DNA of 63,997 nucleotides, the filler included, from Perkinsus olseni (taxonomy: Eukaryota), in assembly GCA_013115125.1 (NCBI GenBank). It is 4 parts of 4 records of this genome, joined end to end, with 100 filler letters (N's around TTAATTAATTAA, not from the genome) between each part and the next. Parts side by side here need not be neighbours in the genome. Positions count along the whole stretch, not along the records: positions 16,821 to 33,478 come from JABANN010000674.1; positions 33,579 to 50,147 come from JABANN010000675.1; 2 more parts are not named here. One strand, given 5' to 3'. The notes under the pieces are model-generated. The model was not told the DNA's origin and made no database searches. It saw only the letters and a program-made list of their open reading frames with translations. The position numbers were made by a program, and so were the translations under genes. Shown piece after piece: positions 26,047 through 39,291 of this stretch. How positions within the stretch are numbered: position 1 is the first letter of the stretch; each line of letters starts with the position of its first letter.

Positions 26047-26177
26047 GATAAGGGCAGACAAGGGAGAAGAACAACAGTAACAACAAAAACAACAACAACG
26101 CCATTCCATGCATTTAGCGCCCGCCCTAGCGATCGATTACTTCGTCGGAGCTTTTAATTATCTGTGCATCATCGAAT

Positions 26178-26190
26178 ATGTCGGACTATC

Positions 26191-26221
<31 letters not shown>

Positions 26222-27866
26222 ATCAGCATATCCTGTTCATGTTGGACATAGTGCATTGAATTCTATCACTTATGCTAAGAAGAAGGCTGATGAGTATAGG
26301 AGACATCTTGGTTTGACTCAAGATACGCGAGCTACTATTGATAATGTATTAGATCCACGCACTCTTGGTATACTCAATAAGATGCGTAATAGAGGTGTAT
26401 TTAATGAGTTACTTGGTACCATATCCACTGGTAAGGAGGCTAACGTCTATTATGCTACTACTACGGATGGCGGCCGTGGTTTGGCTGTGAAAGTGTATAA
26501 AACTAGTATATTGGTGTTTAAGGATAGATCGAAATATGTTGAAGGTGAATATCGTTTCAGGAAAGGTTATTGTAAGAGTAATCCACGTAAGATGGTTAGT
26601 ATGTGGGCTGAGAAAGAGATGAGAAATCTTACACGTCTTAAAGTACAGGGTAATATACCATGTCCAACTGTTATTGAATGCCGTAATAATGTATTGGTCA
26701 TGGAGTATCTTGGTAGTACTAACAACAACAACAACAATAGCAGTACTACTACTACTGAGGATGGTAATATGATGATGAATATCAAGCGTGGTGAGGCATA
26801 TCCAAGGTTGAAGGATCTTACTAATGGTGATATGATAACAATGGATATTTATATACAGGTTATCATATTAATGAGGGTTATGTTCCAGAAATGCAGATTA
26901 GTACATGGTGATCTATCAGAATTTAACTTACTATTATCACCTGATACTAATACCGTGTATATTATTGATGTATCCCAATCTGTGGAACATGATCACAATC
27001 AAGCATTGGATTTCCTTAAAAGAGACATTGTTAACATCACAAGGTTCTTTCGTAAGTATATCCTCACAACCACTCCCAATCATCATCATGATGATAGTCA
27101 TGATCAACCTACAGCACTACTGCCATCATTGCTCTCTGTTAATACTCTATTCGACTTCATTATCGCTGATGATGTACCATCATCTTCAACAGCATTGCAT
27201 CATCCTCATGATGATGATGATGATGAGGTGGTGGAAGCATTGTTACCCCATGCTGGTAGGAAGCATCTTACTCTACCCGAACAGAGATGGTTGGCTACAT
27301 TATTGCTACATGACACACAAGCTGCAACTGCAGCAGCAGCAGAAGCAGAAGCAGCTGATGATAATAATAATAACAACCAAGGTGGTGGTGAGGTATTATC
27401 CGAGAAGTATTACGATGATGAGAGAGTATTCCTGGATACTTGGATACCATCGACGCTTAATCAATTTAGTGATTTACTAGAGATGGAAGAGGAGCTGGCT
27501 AAGCATGCTAAGGGCGAGAAATCTGTATATAATCGTTTATTGGCTACTACAGCTGCTGTTAGTACTAATAAGTCTAATGTTCACCATCATCATGATGATA
27601 CCGAGGATGATGATGATGATGATGATAGTGGTAGTAGTAGTAGTAGTAGTGAGAGTGATGATGATGATGATGCCCCGGTGATATCAGCATCATCTACAGC
27701 AGCAACGGCAGTAGCAGCAGCAGCAGGTGGTGATGGTCATATACCTGATGGTATAAGTAAAAGTGAATGGAAGAAGATGGTTAAAGAGAAAAGAAGAGCC
27801 AAACTCGAAACTAAATGTCCGAAACATTTAAAGAAGAGATACAGGGCAAAGGCTGCCAACCGCTAG
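26178..27866 (+). CDS. RIO1: Serine/threonine kinase RIO1
   Basis: ISTGKEANVY, AVKVYKTSILVFKDRSKYVEGEYRFR, SNPRKMVSMWAEKEMRNL, LVHGDLSEFNLL, IIDVSQSVEHDH and a basic C-terminal tail. Confidence 0.96.
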
Positions 27867-28160
27867 TAGAAGCACTTCCGTATTATCATCATCATCATCA
27901 TCATACACCACTACCACCACCACCACCATTATTATCATTACCAACGTCAGCAGTTTCTACCTATGATGCCTCCTGTCTTGTTGTGAAGCTCAGTATTAAC
28001 AGAGTATATGATGATGATGTTAATATATAATTATTTATCATCATTTAATGATATCACCTAATGACAGCAGCCAGGGCCGTTGTGATGGTGGTGGCGGCGG
28101 GCATCTTAACATGAATAATATACAGGATGATGATGCATCATCCTCACACGTAAGAGAAAC

Positions 28161-28230
28161 ATGATGGGGACGCCGAATACATCATCGTCCGATCATCATG
28201 ATCAGCATCATCATCATCATACTTACGCTA

Positions 28231-28265
<35 letters not shown>

Positions 28266-28367
28266 ACTTCAACAGTACATTTACGTATTATATCCACTAA
28301 TGATGTTTATGAACTGGATAATTGGCCACGAGCTAAGACAGCTATAGATTATTATCGTAATAACAAG

Positions 28368-28414
<47 letters not shown>

Positions 28415-31064
28415 CCTCTTACTACTACTACTCTTACTACTACCGTATTGTTGTTAGGTAATAACGCTGCGAATCCTGGTAACACTATATTCATATTGGC
28501 CGGAGATTTCTTATCTCCATCAGCATTATCTACAATTGATAAGGGCAAATCTATGGTTGATGTGATGAATAAAGTAAAAAAAAAAACAACAACAACCTAT
28601 CGCCCATCATCATCATCATCAGTTGTATTCTCAGTGTGGTGTTGATTATGTTTGTTTTGGTAACCATGAATCGGATCTTACAATCGACGAACTAGCATCA
28701 AGGATCCAGGTAAGAAGAGTTATACTCTTGTAGAGTTGTTGTGTGCTCATTATTATTATTGTTCATCTAATCAGGAATCTAATTTTACTTGGATTAATAC
28801 CAATATGCCGCATATACCGCTCCCGTCGTCGTCGGCTACTACCGGAATCACATCCCTCCTCCCCAAGCATCATGTTATTCTCAATATCTCTGAGACTGCT
28901 GCTGCGGCTGCAGCCACGACACCAACTACTACTACTCCTCCTACTGACAAGCATTCTGGCATGATGAAGCATCATGATAGTAATAATGATACTAAAGCTT
29001 CTTGTTGTATCCTGCAGACTGTACATGACCAGTTGTTGTATTACACATCATCGTCATCATCACCTTCTTCTTCTTCTTCTTGTTGAGTCAGGTGTTGATA
29101 ATAATATCACTACTCAATGCTGCCGTGAGTGTATGAGTGTATACTTATTGGGTTTACTAACTGAAGATGAATCTTTATACAAACAAGGAGCATTTGGTGG
29201 CGCTGAGATCAAACCAGTATTAGAGACAGTTATGGACTTTCTCATCATGAAAAGACGAGTAAGGCAGCAAAGATTAAGACATAGAGGAGATAGAGGTTTC
29301 AACAAAGAGGATGATGATGATGACGATGTGGCTATGGGTGGCGGTGGTGGCAGTGTTAATTGTTATAATAATAATTACATCATCATACCAATCACCCATC
29401 AATCTATGCGATATGATAGAGCACTAGCAAAGGCTCTTAACGAGTATTACCATAACACGACGACGACGACGATGGAACAACACTGTGATGGGGGTAATAA
29501 GAAACCGTACCAGCTGCTGCCGCAAGGAGAAGAGCAGCGTTATGATGGTGGAAGTGGTGGTAGTAGTAGTAATGGTAGTTGTTGTAGAGTTCCATTAATA
29601 ATAGGAGGACATGATCATGATGCATATGTTGAAGATGTTGATGGAGTAATAATAATACCATTAACAGCAGGTCACCATTATTATTACCTATCTTATCATC
29701 ATCATTCAGATAACAATAGCTAAAGCTGGTTGCGATGTAGAGAATATATTAGTATTCGATCTTACTTGGAGGAGAAGAAAAAAGAAGGAGAATAATAATA
29801 AACACAATAACAACAACGAGGATAGAGGTGGTAATAGTAGTAGTGGGAGATTATGTACGTTACCCTCCACCACCACCACCCAGGGGCATCATCTTCGACG
29901 TCATTCTCATTCATCTATCATCTCGATCTATCATCAGGAGCGTATTCATCATCATCAGCATCATCAGCATGCTCCATAAGAAGCGATCGTAACGACAATT
30001 ATGATGGTCCGGCGTCAGTGGCGGCAGTTGTTGTTGATGATGATGAAGTGAATAATAATGATGACATGTTGTTGGATATATTCGTCAATTTGGTAGTAAT
30101 AGTTATGATTTATGTTTGTTATTATTATTGTTCTTATTATTATTATTATACTATTGTCCACTGTCGATAAATCATAGGTACCTGTAAGTGACTTCGAACC
30201 GGACCCAGAAATACAGTGTCTTGTGGAAGAGCATATGAACAAACTGGACAATTATCATCATCATCATAACAATACATCATCGGTCTTACCTCTTATCTCA
30301 TCAAAGTAATAATAATAATAATTGTCGTCGTCGTCACACTCTACATGGCAAACGCATGATTATTCAGCATCATCATCATTTTCATGATGATGATGACGTT
30401 AATGATGGGATTGCTCTTATTATTCAGGTACTCGATACTATGTGATGAGATTAACCTTGATGATCTGATGAAGTGTACCGTTAGAGCTGGTGGTGGTAAT
30501 ACTAATGACTCAATAATGATGAGAAGGATGATGATATTATTATCCTCTAAAAATATAAGACTACATCAGACAACAATCGGTACTTTCATAGCTTCGAGCA
30601 TAAGGGATGGCATATCCCTCTACAGCATAGCTGCTAAGACAATAAGGGGAGCTCAGCGGCGGCGGCGGCGGCGGCGGCGACGGCGGCGGCGTAATAGCGT
30701 TAAGAATACTATTAATGAGTTGTTATTATTATCATCAACATCATCATCATCAATGGGCATCTGTGATTGTTGTATTTATCCATCTGGTGGTATACGACGA
30801 GGACATCTCTATACAACAACAACGACAACAACAGAGTTACGTAGCACCACCACTGCTGCTGCTGCTGTTGGGGTAGATATTACACAGGATATAAAAGGAG
30901 AGGGTAAAAGTTGTTATGATGATGATGATCGACGTCATCATCATCAACATCATCCGTTTAACACTTGATCATCATGTAGCCCCTCGTGATTCTTCGTGCT
31001 ATCATTGCAGATAATGATGATATTAACAATGAAAAGACGCGACCTCCTCAACATCGTGGCCAAG

Positions 31065-31137
<73 letters not shown>

Positions 31138-31700
31138 GACATTTACATATCATGATTTGAAGTAGTAGTAGAGAGCGCCATAGTAACAACAGTAACAACA
31201 ACAACAACAACAACAAAAACTGAGACTCAAATATCTTGTTTTTCTTATCAGCTCATGATGATGATGATGATGATGATGATGATGTTATTTTTTGTAGGTC
31301 GGAGATCCCCTATAATGATGATGTTATTATAGTTAATATGCCTGGTTACATATTACGAGATTCAGTTAAATATTCAAGAAGGAATTGTAAGGGTTCAGGT
31401 GGCTACTTTCAATTGTGTGATGCAATTGAAGTTGATAAGGATGATCCATCACTGATAACCCAAATACGCGGTAGACCGATAGAACTGAATAAAGAGTATA
31501 AAGTGGCAACAGCGCTCATAACCTTAGAAGGTAATAATGATCATAATACCACAACAACAGCAGCAACAACAGCCGCAGCAGCAACAGTACTACCATGACG
31601 ATTGGGGGCGCCGTGGTTGTGATGCTGATGATGATGCTGTTAATAGGTGTCGATAATAATGAGGTGTTAACGGCGTGGTATGCGAATAAGTACCTACCCC

Positions 31701-31747
<47 letters not shown>

Positions 31748-31885
31748 CGAGAAGCAGCAGGAGGAGGAGGGCTATCATTGAACTCAAATTTACATAGCAG
31801 TCATGCTACTACTACTACTGCCGATGATCATGGCAATCGTCATCATGACAGATTACCGGCGAAACCAGCGATAATGGCATTGTAA
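28161..31885 (+). CDS. 5'-nucleotidase / calcineurin-like metallophosphoesterase with 5'-nucleotidase C-terminal domain (multi-exon)
   Basis: Motifs in the correct order across exons: IISTNDVYE, LAGDFLSPS, CFGNHE, PITHQ, IIGGHDH, KAGCD, GTFIASSIRD, SGGIRRG, GGYFQ, EYKVAT. Confidence 0.88.
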
Positions 31886-31912
31886 TAATAGCATCTCGGT
31901 TTGAAGCTACAC

Positions 31913-31958
<46 letters not shown>

Positions 31959-32001
31959 GTCATCGTCATCATCATTATATACTATCCCCAAAGTTGTCCT
32001 T

Positions 32002-32114
32002 TTGTACGACTTCAGGTACTCGATCAATAAATGGGTATCTTCAAAATTATTATTCTGCCATCAACAACAACATCATCAGCACAGTGAACGTGATAATGAA
32101 CTCACTATTCGGAG

Positions 32115-32154
<40 letters not shown>

Positions 32155-32173
32155 ATTGTGAGTTGCAGTACTG

Positions 32174-32205
<32 letters not shown>

Positions 32206-32221
32206 GTGTCTTACTCTTCTT

Positions 32222-32252
<31 letters not shown>

Positions 32253-32276
32253 ACATTATCAGGATGAGGTTGATAT

Positions 32277-32312
<36 letters not shown>

Positions 32313-32711
32313 CATAACAGCTACTTCTTTAGCAGAGTGGGCTGGCATTCAATCCGGCATCCAATCTCATGTAATGAGACACACGCCTGACAGCTTGTGT
32401 GACAATAATAATATTATGAGTGTGGTATATCAGAATGTGTAGTATGATCAATATTCTCAGGCCTTTCATAACTTTCTAGTTGTGGGCGGTCTAGATCCCA
32501 CTCCACCATCTAATTACCATCCTCTAGTACAACAACCCAATCATCATCATCATGCTTACAATGATGATCATCATGATCATGATGATGGCGGCGGCACTAC
32601 ATTGGAAGATCATTCACAAGAATGGTTTTTCAGCATGAGTGATGTAGCTGCAGCCAGAACAAGAGCCTATGAATATCTATTCTATCTCCGTCGCTGTCAT
32701 AATAAGATCGG

Positions 32712-32760
<49 letters not shown>

Positions 32761-33132
32761 AATGGTGATCCCCCACCACCACCAGTGGCAGCAGCGGCTA
32801 CTTGTGCAGCTACGTCGTCGTCTGCCGTTTTCTCTGATAATCCTTTCGGCTGTCGTTTTCTCTGCCGCTCGAGTTTGGAGGTCGGGCCCCGTACCAGCAA
32901 TACCATGATGATGATGATGATAGCAGCCTTATGGTATTACTATTTTACTACCACTTATCACCCGAATCTCTATCGTTATTACGACTATTATCATAGTCAT
33001 GCTCATATCTGGTGTTTGTATCCTTGGTTGCACAGACCAATTTTGTCATTATCATCATTATATCATCATCATGATGATGATGAAAACTATCATGAGGGTC
33101 CGCTTGAAGGAGAGCAGTTTCCTCCGGGCTCC

Positions 33133-33174
<42 letters not shown>

Positions 33175-33285
33175 CCGACTCCCCATCCAATCTACCGCCA
33201 TGGCTCATATCATCATCATTACCACCATAATCATAGACCCCCTATCATAGACCCTGAAGACTGGGCTCATTATCTGATTATTTAA
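32002..33285 (+). CDS. Low-complexity hypothetical protein (possibly two exons)
   Basis: ORFs 32002-32442 and 32482-33285 with non-repetitive segments between homopolymers; no domain recognised. Confidence 0.25.
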
Positions 33286-33478
33286 TTATTATGATGATCA
33301 GCTATCATCGTTGTTGGTGCTGGTTGTCCATTCTACCATGTAGGGATGATGCCATATGATGATGAGGTAGGGATCAACACCGTGAGGGCAGGATTCATAG
33401 TAATAATCAAATAATCAATTCCCCCATCATTGTCGGAGTTATCGTCATGTCCATCCCCGACTACTTATGATTAACCCG

Positions 33479-33578
33479 NNNNNNNNNNNNNNNNNNNNNN
33501 NNNNNNNNNNNNNNNNNNNNNNTTAATTAATTAANNNNNNNNNNNNNNNNNNNNNNNNNNNNNNNNNNNNNNNNNNNN
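33479..33578. other. Artificial contig spacer
   Basis: 100-bp N spacer with TTAATTAATTAA at 33523-33534. Confidence 0.95.
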
Positions 33579-33799
33579 AATTCGAGTTTGTAACAGCAAT
33601 ATGCTAAGCGGCAGAGTTCTTCAAGTTGGCTCAGTTCCTGCTTGTATCTGTAAAGGAGTGAAGCGGGAGCGAGTGACCTTGTATAACATTACTTGGATGA
33701 AGCTGAAGCCCATACTTGTTCCGAGATATTCCTGTCGATTCCTTATCTGCCTCTTGCAGGTGCCCTTCACGGTCATCTTCTCCCTGCTCATCCTGGGCA

Positions 33800-34620
33800 C
33801 CCGCTACATCAGTCTTGAGCTCATCGGAGTCCTCATCGTAATCCCCTTCTCCCTTCTGTGATCACCATTTTCCGACCATGCCGCTAAGGTCCTCCTTGCC
33901 GTCTGTCTGTCCATGCACAACTTTACCGCGTCCCACTCTGATCCGTTCATGGCAGCTTTAATCGCCCTCAGCACCTCAGGCAACGCCCTGTCCTTCGTAA
34001 GCCCTCTCAATTCTGGGTACGTATCTCACCTCGACCACAGGTTCTCAAGGAGAAGGTCTTTCGGTCATTCGTAGCCTGGCAGACTTCAGCCGCTCACCAG
34101 CCTCTTCTAGGCGACCAAGAGTAAGCCGGCTGACACTGTCGGTGATAGTCGATGATAGACTTCCAGGGCACCACTTTCCTCTCCCCGCAAGCTCGATGTC
34201 TTCGTTGTAAACTGCTGCGTGTCGGTCTTCCAAGTGGTGTGGCTCCTACCAGTAAGGGTCGCTCTTGATCCTCTCACCTCACACTCAATATCCCTTATAG
34301 TTACTGGCGATAGGCCCGGCCATAGGAAAAACCCATGGCCTGGGACTTTTCGACTACCTGCACGAAGCTGGTCATTGCTTTGTCGAAGGATGCCCCAATG
34401 CTTGGCAGCTGTACGGGACCTCACTACCGTGTCAGGCAGGAGATCACCGCTCCGTTGTTGCTCAGTTACACGGCGTACATCGCTGTTAACCTCTTGTACA
34501 ACGCTGCCTTGCTCTTCCTCGTGCAAAGAGGTTCCGCCCTGCTGGCGTTCGTTAGTCTGAAGGCGGTCACTCCGGCTTCGGCCATCCTATTTTCAATAGA
34601 GTAAGTCCGTGGATGGTCCT
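33800..34620 (-). mobile_element. Possible degenerate LTR-retrotransposon pol fragment (RNase H-like)
   Basis: Intronless broken frames reading VVRS..AAKHWGILRQ....LRAGSRK, ITDS..RL and VEVRYVP, in the order expected for a Ty3/gypsy-type RNase H. Catalytic residues are not intact. Confidence 0.3.
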
Positions 34621-35186
34621 ACGGTGACTAAGCGTGCACTGCCGACTCTTCAGCTGGCCGGTGCTTGGCCCTTCGACAGTGACCTGGCTGGACTGGGCCG
34701 AGGTCGTCCTGGTTACCATCGGTATTGTAGCATTCCGAGCGGGCAACCTTCGCAAGGAGGAGTACATCAGGGAAGGTCAGCGGAAGATCTGTTTCGCCTA
34801 AGTGGCTGCATACGATTCAATAGCAACGGTACTTTCCTGTACTGTACCAAATACACTCACAATTCTGTCATGAACTGGAGACTTTTTAATTTTATCACAG
34901 ACGAAACGTTGGATTGCGTTCAACTGTCAGCACCAATAGATCGTGAAATGTAAGTGGCAGCATGTCCAATCCAACTTGAAAATCCTAACTGGTTTTTCAC
35001 CATGGACTTGACAAATTAATAGTTATCATGAAACATTTGTGAGTAAAATCTGTTACTGAATTGTCCAAGTTCGACCGTCGAATAAAAGTTTCTTCAATTG
35101 AGGTCAAACCTGTGTACTAGCACAGTATAACGCAACAACGATTGCATCTTCTGAAAGCGGATAAACTGCTCGAGCGAGCCTCGAAA

Positions 35187-35671
35187 TCACGCGCCAAGAT
35201 ACGAACGCGTCCGTAAAGCTGTGCGATGATTCCGCATGAAAGTCCTGCCGAAAACGGTCTCTGATGTTTGTCCAGGGATAAACCTATAACCGCAGCATGT
35301 CGACCAGCCCCGCAAGGAGGCGCTCACCCGGCGTATCTTGGAACGGGTGGGTCGGATTCTCTATGCCGCACTACCGACCTGAGGCAGGGCGCTTACAGGA
35401 TGCTGGTTTCTCCTCGGAAAGAATTCTTGTGTGTGTGTCAGTTCATAGTCCAACGCCGGTTCCGGCTTAGTTAGGCTCTTGCCGAGAAATTCTTAATCGC
35501 TCCACCCGCATAAGCTATCTCACTCCTTGGGAATGTGCAACCTCGGCGTGCGAATTTTCTCTTTTTCACTCTGACAGGTTCCTGGGGTTTCCGCGGTCGC
35601 CATTCTTCCCTTGCTGTCGATTCGTAGGTCTGTGTCACTTGTGGGGTGGCGTCTCGCATAATACGGACCAT
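35187..35671 (-). CDS. Short PYG-repeat protein (FAM166/CIMIP2-like), paralog of the 37368-39058 gene
   Basis: Spliced reading VPRYAG|FIPGQTSETVFGRTFMRNHRTALRTRSYLGA* across a GTGAG...TAG intron. Confidence 0.6.
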
Positions 35672-35728
35672 CTCGGAATTCTAGCTGCATCGCTGTTCAA
35701 GTCTCGGGATTACTTTGGATTGCCTGCT

Positions 35729-36261
35729 ATGGTATGTCTTCTCTCACGGCGAGAACAGCAGAGCCGACAACTGCTTGAAGAGATCGAGCAGCAGCAGCAG
35801 CAGTGTCGCGAGGTCCGAAGCTCACAACTCGTTTACTGAGGTGATTCTCTGGGAGAGGTAGCTAGGAAGAGCAGAGCTCTCAGAGACTTGCAGATGTACT
35901 CATCATTATTCAAGTCTATTGTCTGAACTCCTCACGTATCATCAACCCGTGTAGAACAGCATTCGACTAATCATTGCCCCTCGCCATTTGTCGAGTATCC
36001 TTTGCTCAGTGAGTATGCCTTACTGGAGTCTCCGACGTATTCCGCGAGGACTCAAAGCACGAATTTGAACGACCATCACGCCCAGCTAGATAGTGGTCAG
36101 AGACTTGTCGATGGCCGCATGAATTTTCTGACACATTGGTGATTCTCTGCTCAGACCTGGACGAGCTCGGCGCAGGGCGGAACGATTTCATGATGCTGGC
36201 AACGCCAAGAGTACTCGGAAGTAGCCCGACCAACTCGACAGTACCGAACTCACCGAGATAG
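35729..36261 (+). CDS. Small multi-exon hypothetical protein
   Basis: ATG|GTATGT donor, short exons (RQLLEEIEQQQQQCRE ... DLDELGAGRNDFMMLATPRVLGSSPTNSTVPNSPR*) separated by short GT-AG introns. Confidence 0.35.
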
Positions 36262-37367
36262 GTGCGCGGCCCTAATCGAGGCTCTGTTAAGCTTGTCGTT
36301 TCAGAGTCACCGGTTCAGACTGTTCCTTCGCGTATCAGCAGTTGCGATGTCGTGCCGGATGCCATGTATTTGCTTTTCCGACACACGACGAGTCTCCGCG
36401 AGTCAGGCGACAGGCATGCAGAGTCTTCGAGGACGTTGGGTTACGAATCTCGATCGTGTTGAGTTCCGAGTTCAGCTATCATCCTTGAGTACTTGCCACC
36501 GACGTTTTTTCGAGCAACAGGGTGCGTACGAAGCAGCATTTCGGAGGCTGCATTTGCATCAAATTTACGTGAAACTTGTATCATGGAAGGACAGGCCCTC
36601 CCGGGGGCCTCCAAGCGCTGCAGAACTTTCTCTTGAGGATGTGCCGTCCATGACCTGCAGTGGGACTCGGCAGGCTCAAGTCGGAGCACCCGATCTGTAA
36701 GCAGCTCCTCTCTGTCTTCTCCCAATAGAGGCAAGAACGCACTTCATGAGTCATTCAGCATGAAAACTCACCCTTGAAAGTGGCAGAGCCTTTGACGCAA
36801 ATGTTTGTAGCAGGACGAATTATTGCCGAATCGATTCGCTCACAGCTACTGCCTTGACGCTTCCTCGTTGTCGTCGGAGCCCGCAGGACGATTCGTGAAA
36901 CGTACTACGCGCGCCGTCATTTGACACCGCACTCAAGGTAGATGGCGTGTGCACCGAATCAGACGATGCTGATCTCTTAGAGGCTAGTCGCTAACCACCA
37001 GCCTGAAGACAGAGGAGGAATGAAAAGCGCAGTTCTTACGAGAAGAATATTAGAAAAATCCATTTGAAGCAGCAGAAAGTAGTAGTGGCGCAGGAGCCAA
37101 AGGAGGACAATGCAATAGTTCGACGAGTAGGGACGTAATTCGTATGTCCGGCGGAATGCTAACCTGATGCTGGCCAGAGGAATCAGACCGAGTGCGTCGT
37201 CGATGTTGAGCAACGACAGCGCCAAGTATCATGCCAAGTGGTGGCGAGGCAAGGTGGATTGCCGAGGCTTAATGCGGAGAGAGCCAAGGATTTGCAGAGC
37301 GGTGACGGTGACACTACCGCGAGTGAGGTTGTTGTATTACCGGACTATCGCACAACACCGATCTTTA

Positions 37368-39058
37368 TCAAAGGCGGATGAACTGCTTAAGGGGAGCTTC
37401 GGAATCATGTGTCATGAGATACGAACGTGTGCGTAAAGCCGTACGGTGATTCCGCATAAAAATCTGGCCGAAAACGGTCTCTGATGTTTGTCCAGGAATA
37501 AACCTACAACTACGGAAAGTCTGATTAGCCCAGCAGGGAGGGAGACGCTCACCCGGCGTATCTTGGAATGGCTCGGCCGTAGACTGTATGCCGCACTGCC
37601 GAGTGCTGCAACGACCTGCAGGTGCAGGGCTAGGGAAAAGATCAGCACAGCGAGGCCGTACTTTCGACCGGCGTGGTCAGGCTCGGCCGCAACTCGTGAG
37701 CTGGGTACATGAGACTCGGCCTTGAACTGAAAATATGAACTCAGCTTCCACTAAGATATCCGAGCTTCCACTCTGAGAGGGCCTACCCGCGGAATATCTC
37801 CGGTATATCCCGGGATACCGGAAGAAGAGAACGAGCGTGGCCGACCCGGGGGGACCTGACAGCTGATACAAACCGAACCCAACACGCTCCGAGTGACGCT
37901 CTCCCGGCTCGGGGGTCATGACTGGCAGCATCTCATCAACTCATCATCGTTGTGGATGGCGAGATGGCGCGGCCCCTTACCCGGTGGTCCTTGAGTAGAT
38001 TGGTCCCGCTGTGAAAGCCGAGCTGTTGGGCAGTCCGCTGAGCTTGCCCGTAATTAGTACTGTGCTTCAAGTCAGTATCTTGAGTGCTCAATGCTGCTTT
38101 GAGAGCCGTACTGTGAATGCCTACCGTGAAGGATTCCGCTCAGCCCCTTCTTTCCCTGTCCGGACTCGTACGCTGCGTCAACTTCTCCTAAAACGGCAAA
38201 GGTAAAAACTGCAGACTCTTGCGCTTCATGGGTTGATCTCGAAGGCGATAGTTTCACCTCAACAGGACGGGCCAGATCCGTGAGCAGCACGCGTAGCTGG
38301 TCCGCGCGAGGAGCTAGGCACTGGCCAGTGGGCGGCGTGGGAAAATGATATCGAGGGTTGAGCAGAAGGTCCCCACAATAAACAAGATCCTCCCACCTGT
38401 ATGTCTGTCCACGCGTGCCTGATAATTCCGCTGGTCTGCGGCCGTGTTGTTGGCTTCAGTGAATCGTGCACCGAAGACCTGCACTCCACTCAAGCTAGGG
38501 ACGCATGCGGGACCTACTGTCTCCGAGGTCTTAGCAGGAATGTATCCCCTATACCCGGGCAGGGCGGTCCGTGTTCGTTGCCCCACGCGATGAGCCTCAT
38601 CACGACACACCTGCAATAGGGTCTGTAGGGGAGTCCGTAGACGCAGATATACCGCTCGAATGTGCCGGCAGTCCTCTACTCGCCAGAGTGAGGGATGAGA
38701 GACTTCACCACTGGATGGGGTGCCTGAGGTCGACCATGGTGTGCGGGTTAAGGGAGAAGGGAGGCGGGGGTTTACAGTCAGCGTTTGAGATGAAGGATGA
38801 GGGCTTCCATGTACCGTCGAAGCAGTAGCTATGCGTGTACCCTGAGCCAGACATCGTTATACACGCCGATAGAGCCTCCAAACAGTAGAGCGTCAATGGT
38901 AGAGCGCAGTCCGCGTCTTAACGGCCTAAGTACTGCTAGAAAGTAAGGCTCCCTTGAGGATTTGGTTGGGTTTGCTGTGGTATCTTCCTACCTGATCTTC
39001 TGACTTTGCTATCCACCTCGTCACGATATCCAGCTGCAGCGTATGTCTTGAGATCCAT
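37368..39058 (-). CDS. PYG-repeat protein, FAM166/CIMIP2-like microtubule inner protein (multi-exon; start uncertain)
   Basis: Three repeats: LPGYRGYIPAKTSET|VFGARF (~38575-38450), GIPGYTGDIPR (~37825-37790) and IPRYAG|FIPGQTSETVFGQIF (~37570-37455). Confidence 0.65.
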
Positions 39059-39291
39059 GACAAGAACGCTCCAAATAAGAATTGAAGGAGCCGTTCGGGT
39101 CAATAATCAGATCCTGCGCGGGCGTGCGCAGTTTTCCATACCACTCCTTCCTCAACTCATCTTAGCTGCTGCTTGCGGATTGATCTTGCGCTGTCTGTTA
39201 GTCAGCTTCCCTTCGTCGGTCTGTGTTCAAAAAAGTAATCTATAGGGCGCTCGTATATCAGAGAACGATAAGTTAGAGTAATCAGGGTCAC

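Larger units (their letters stand above)
16821..33478. repeat. Contig saturated with trinucleotide microsatellites (CAT/GAT, CAA/TTG, GGT/CAC, CAG, ACT)
   Basis: Dozens of pure runs, e.g. (ACA)n 16821-16889, (GAT)n ~20996-21061, (CAT)n ~31065-31137. Confidence 0.95.
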
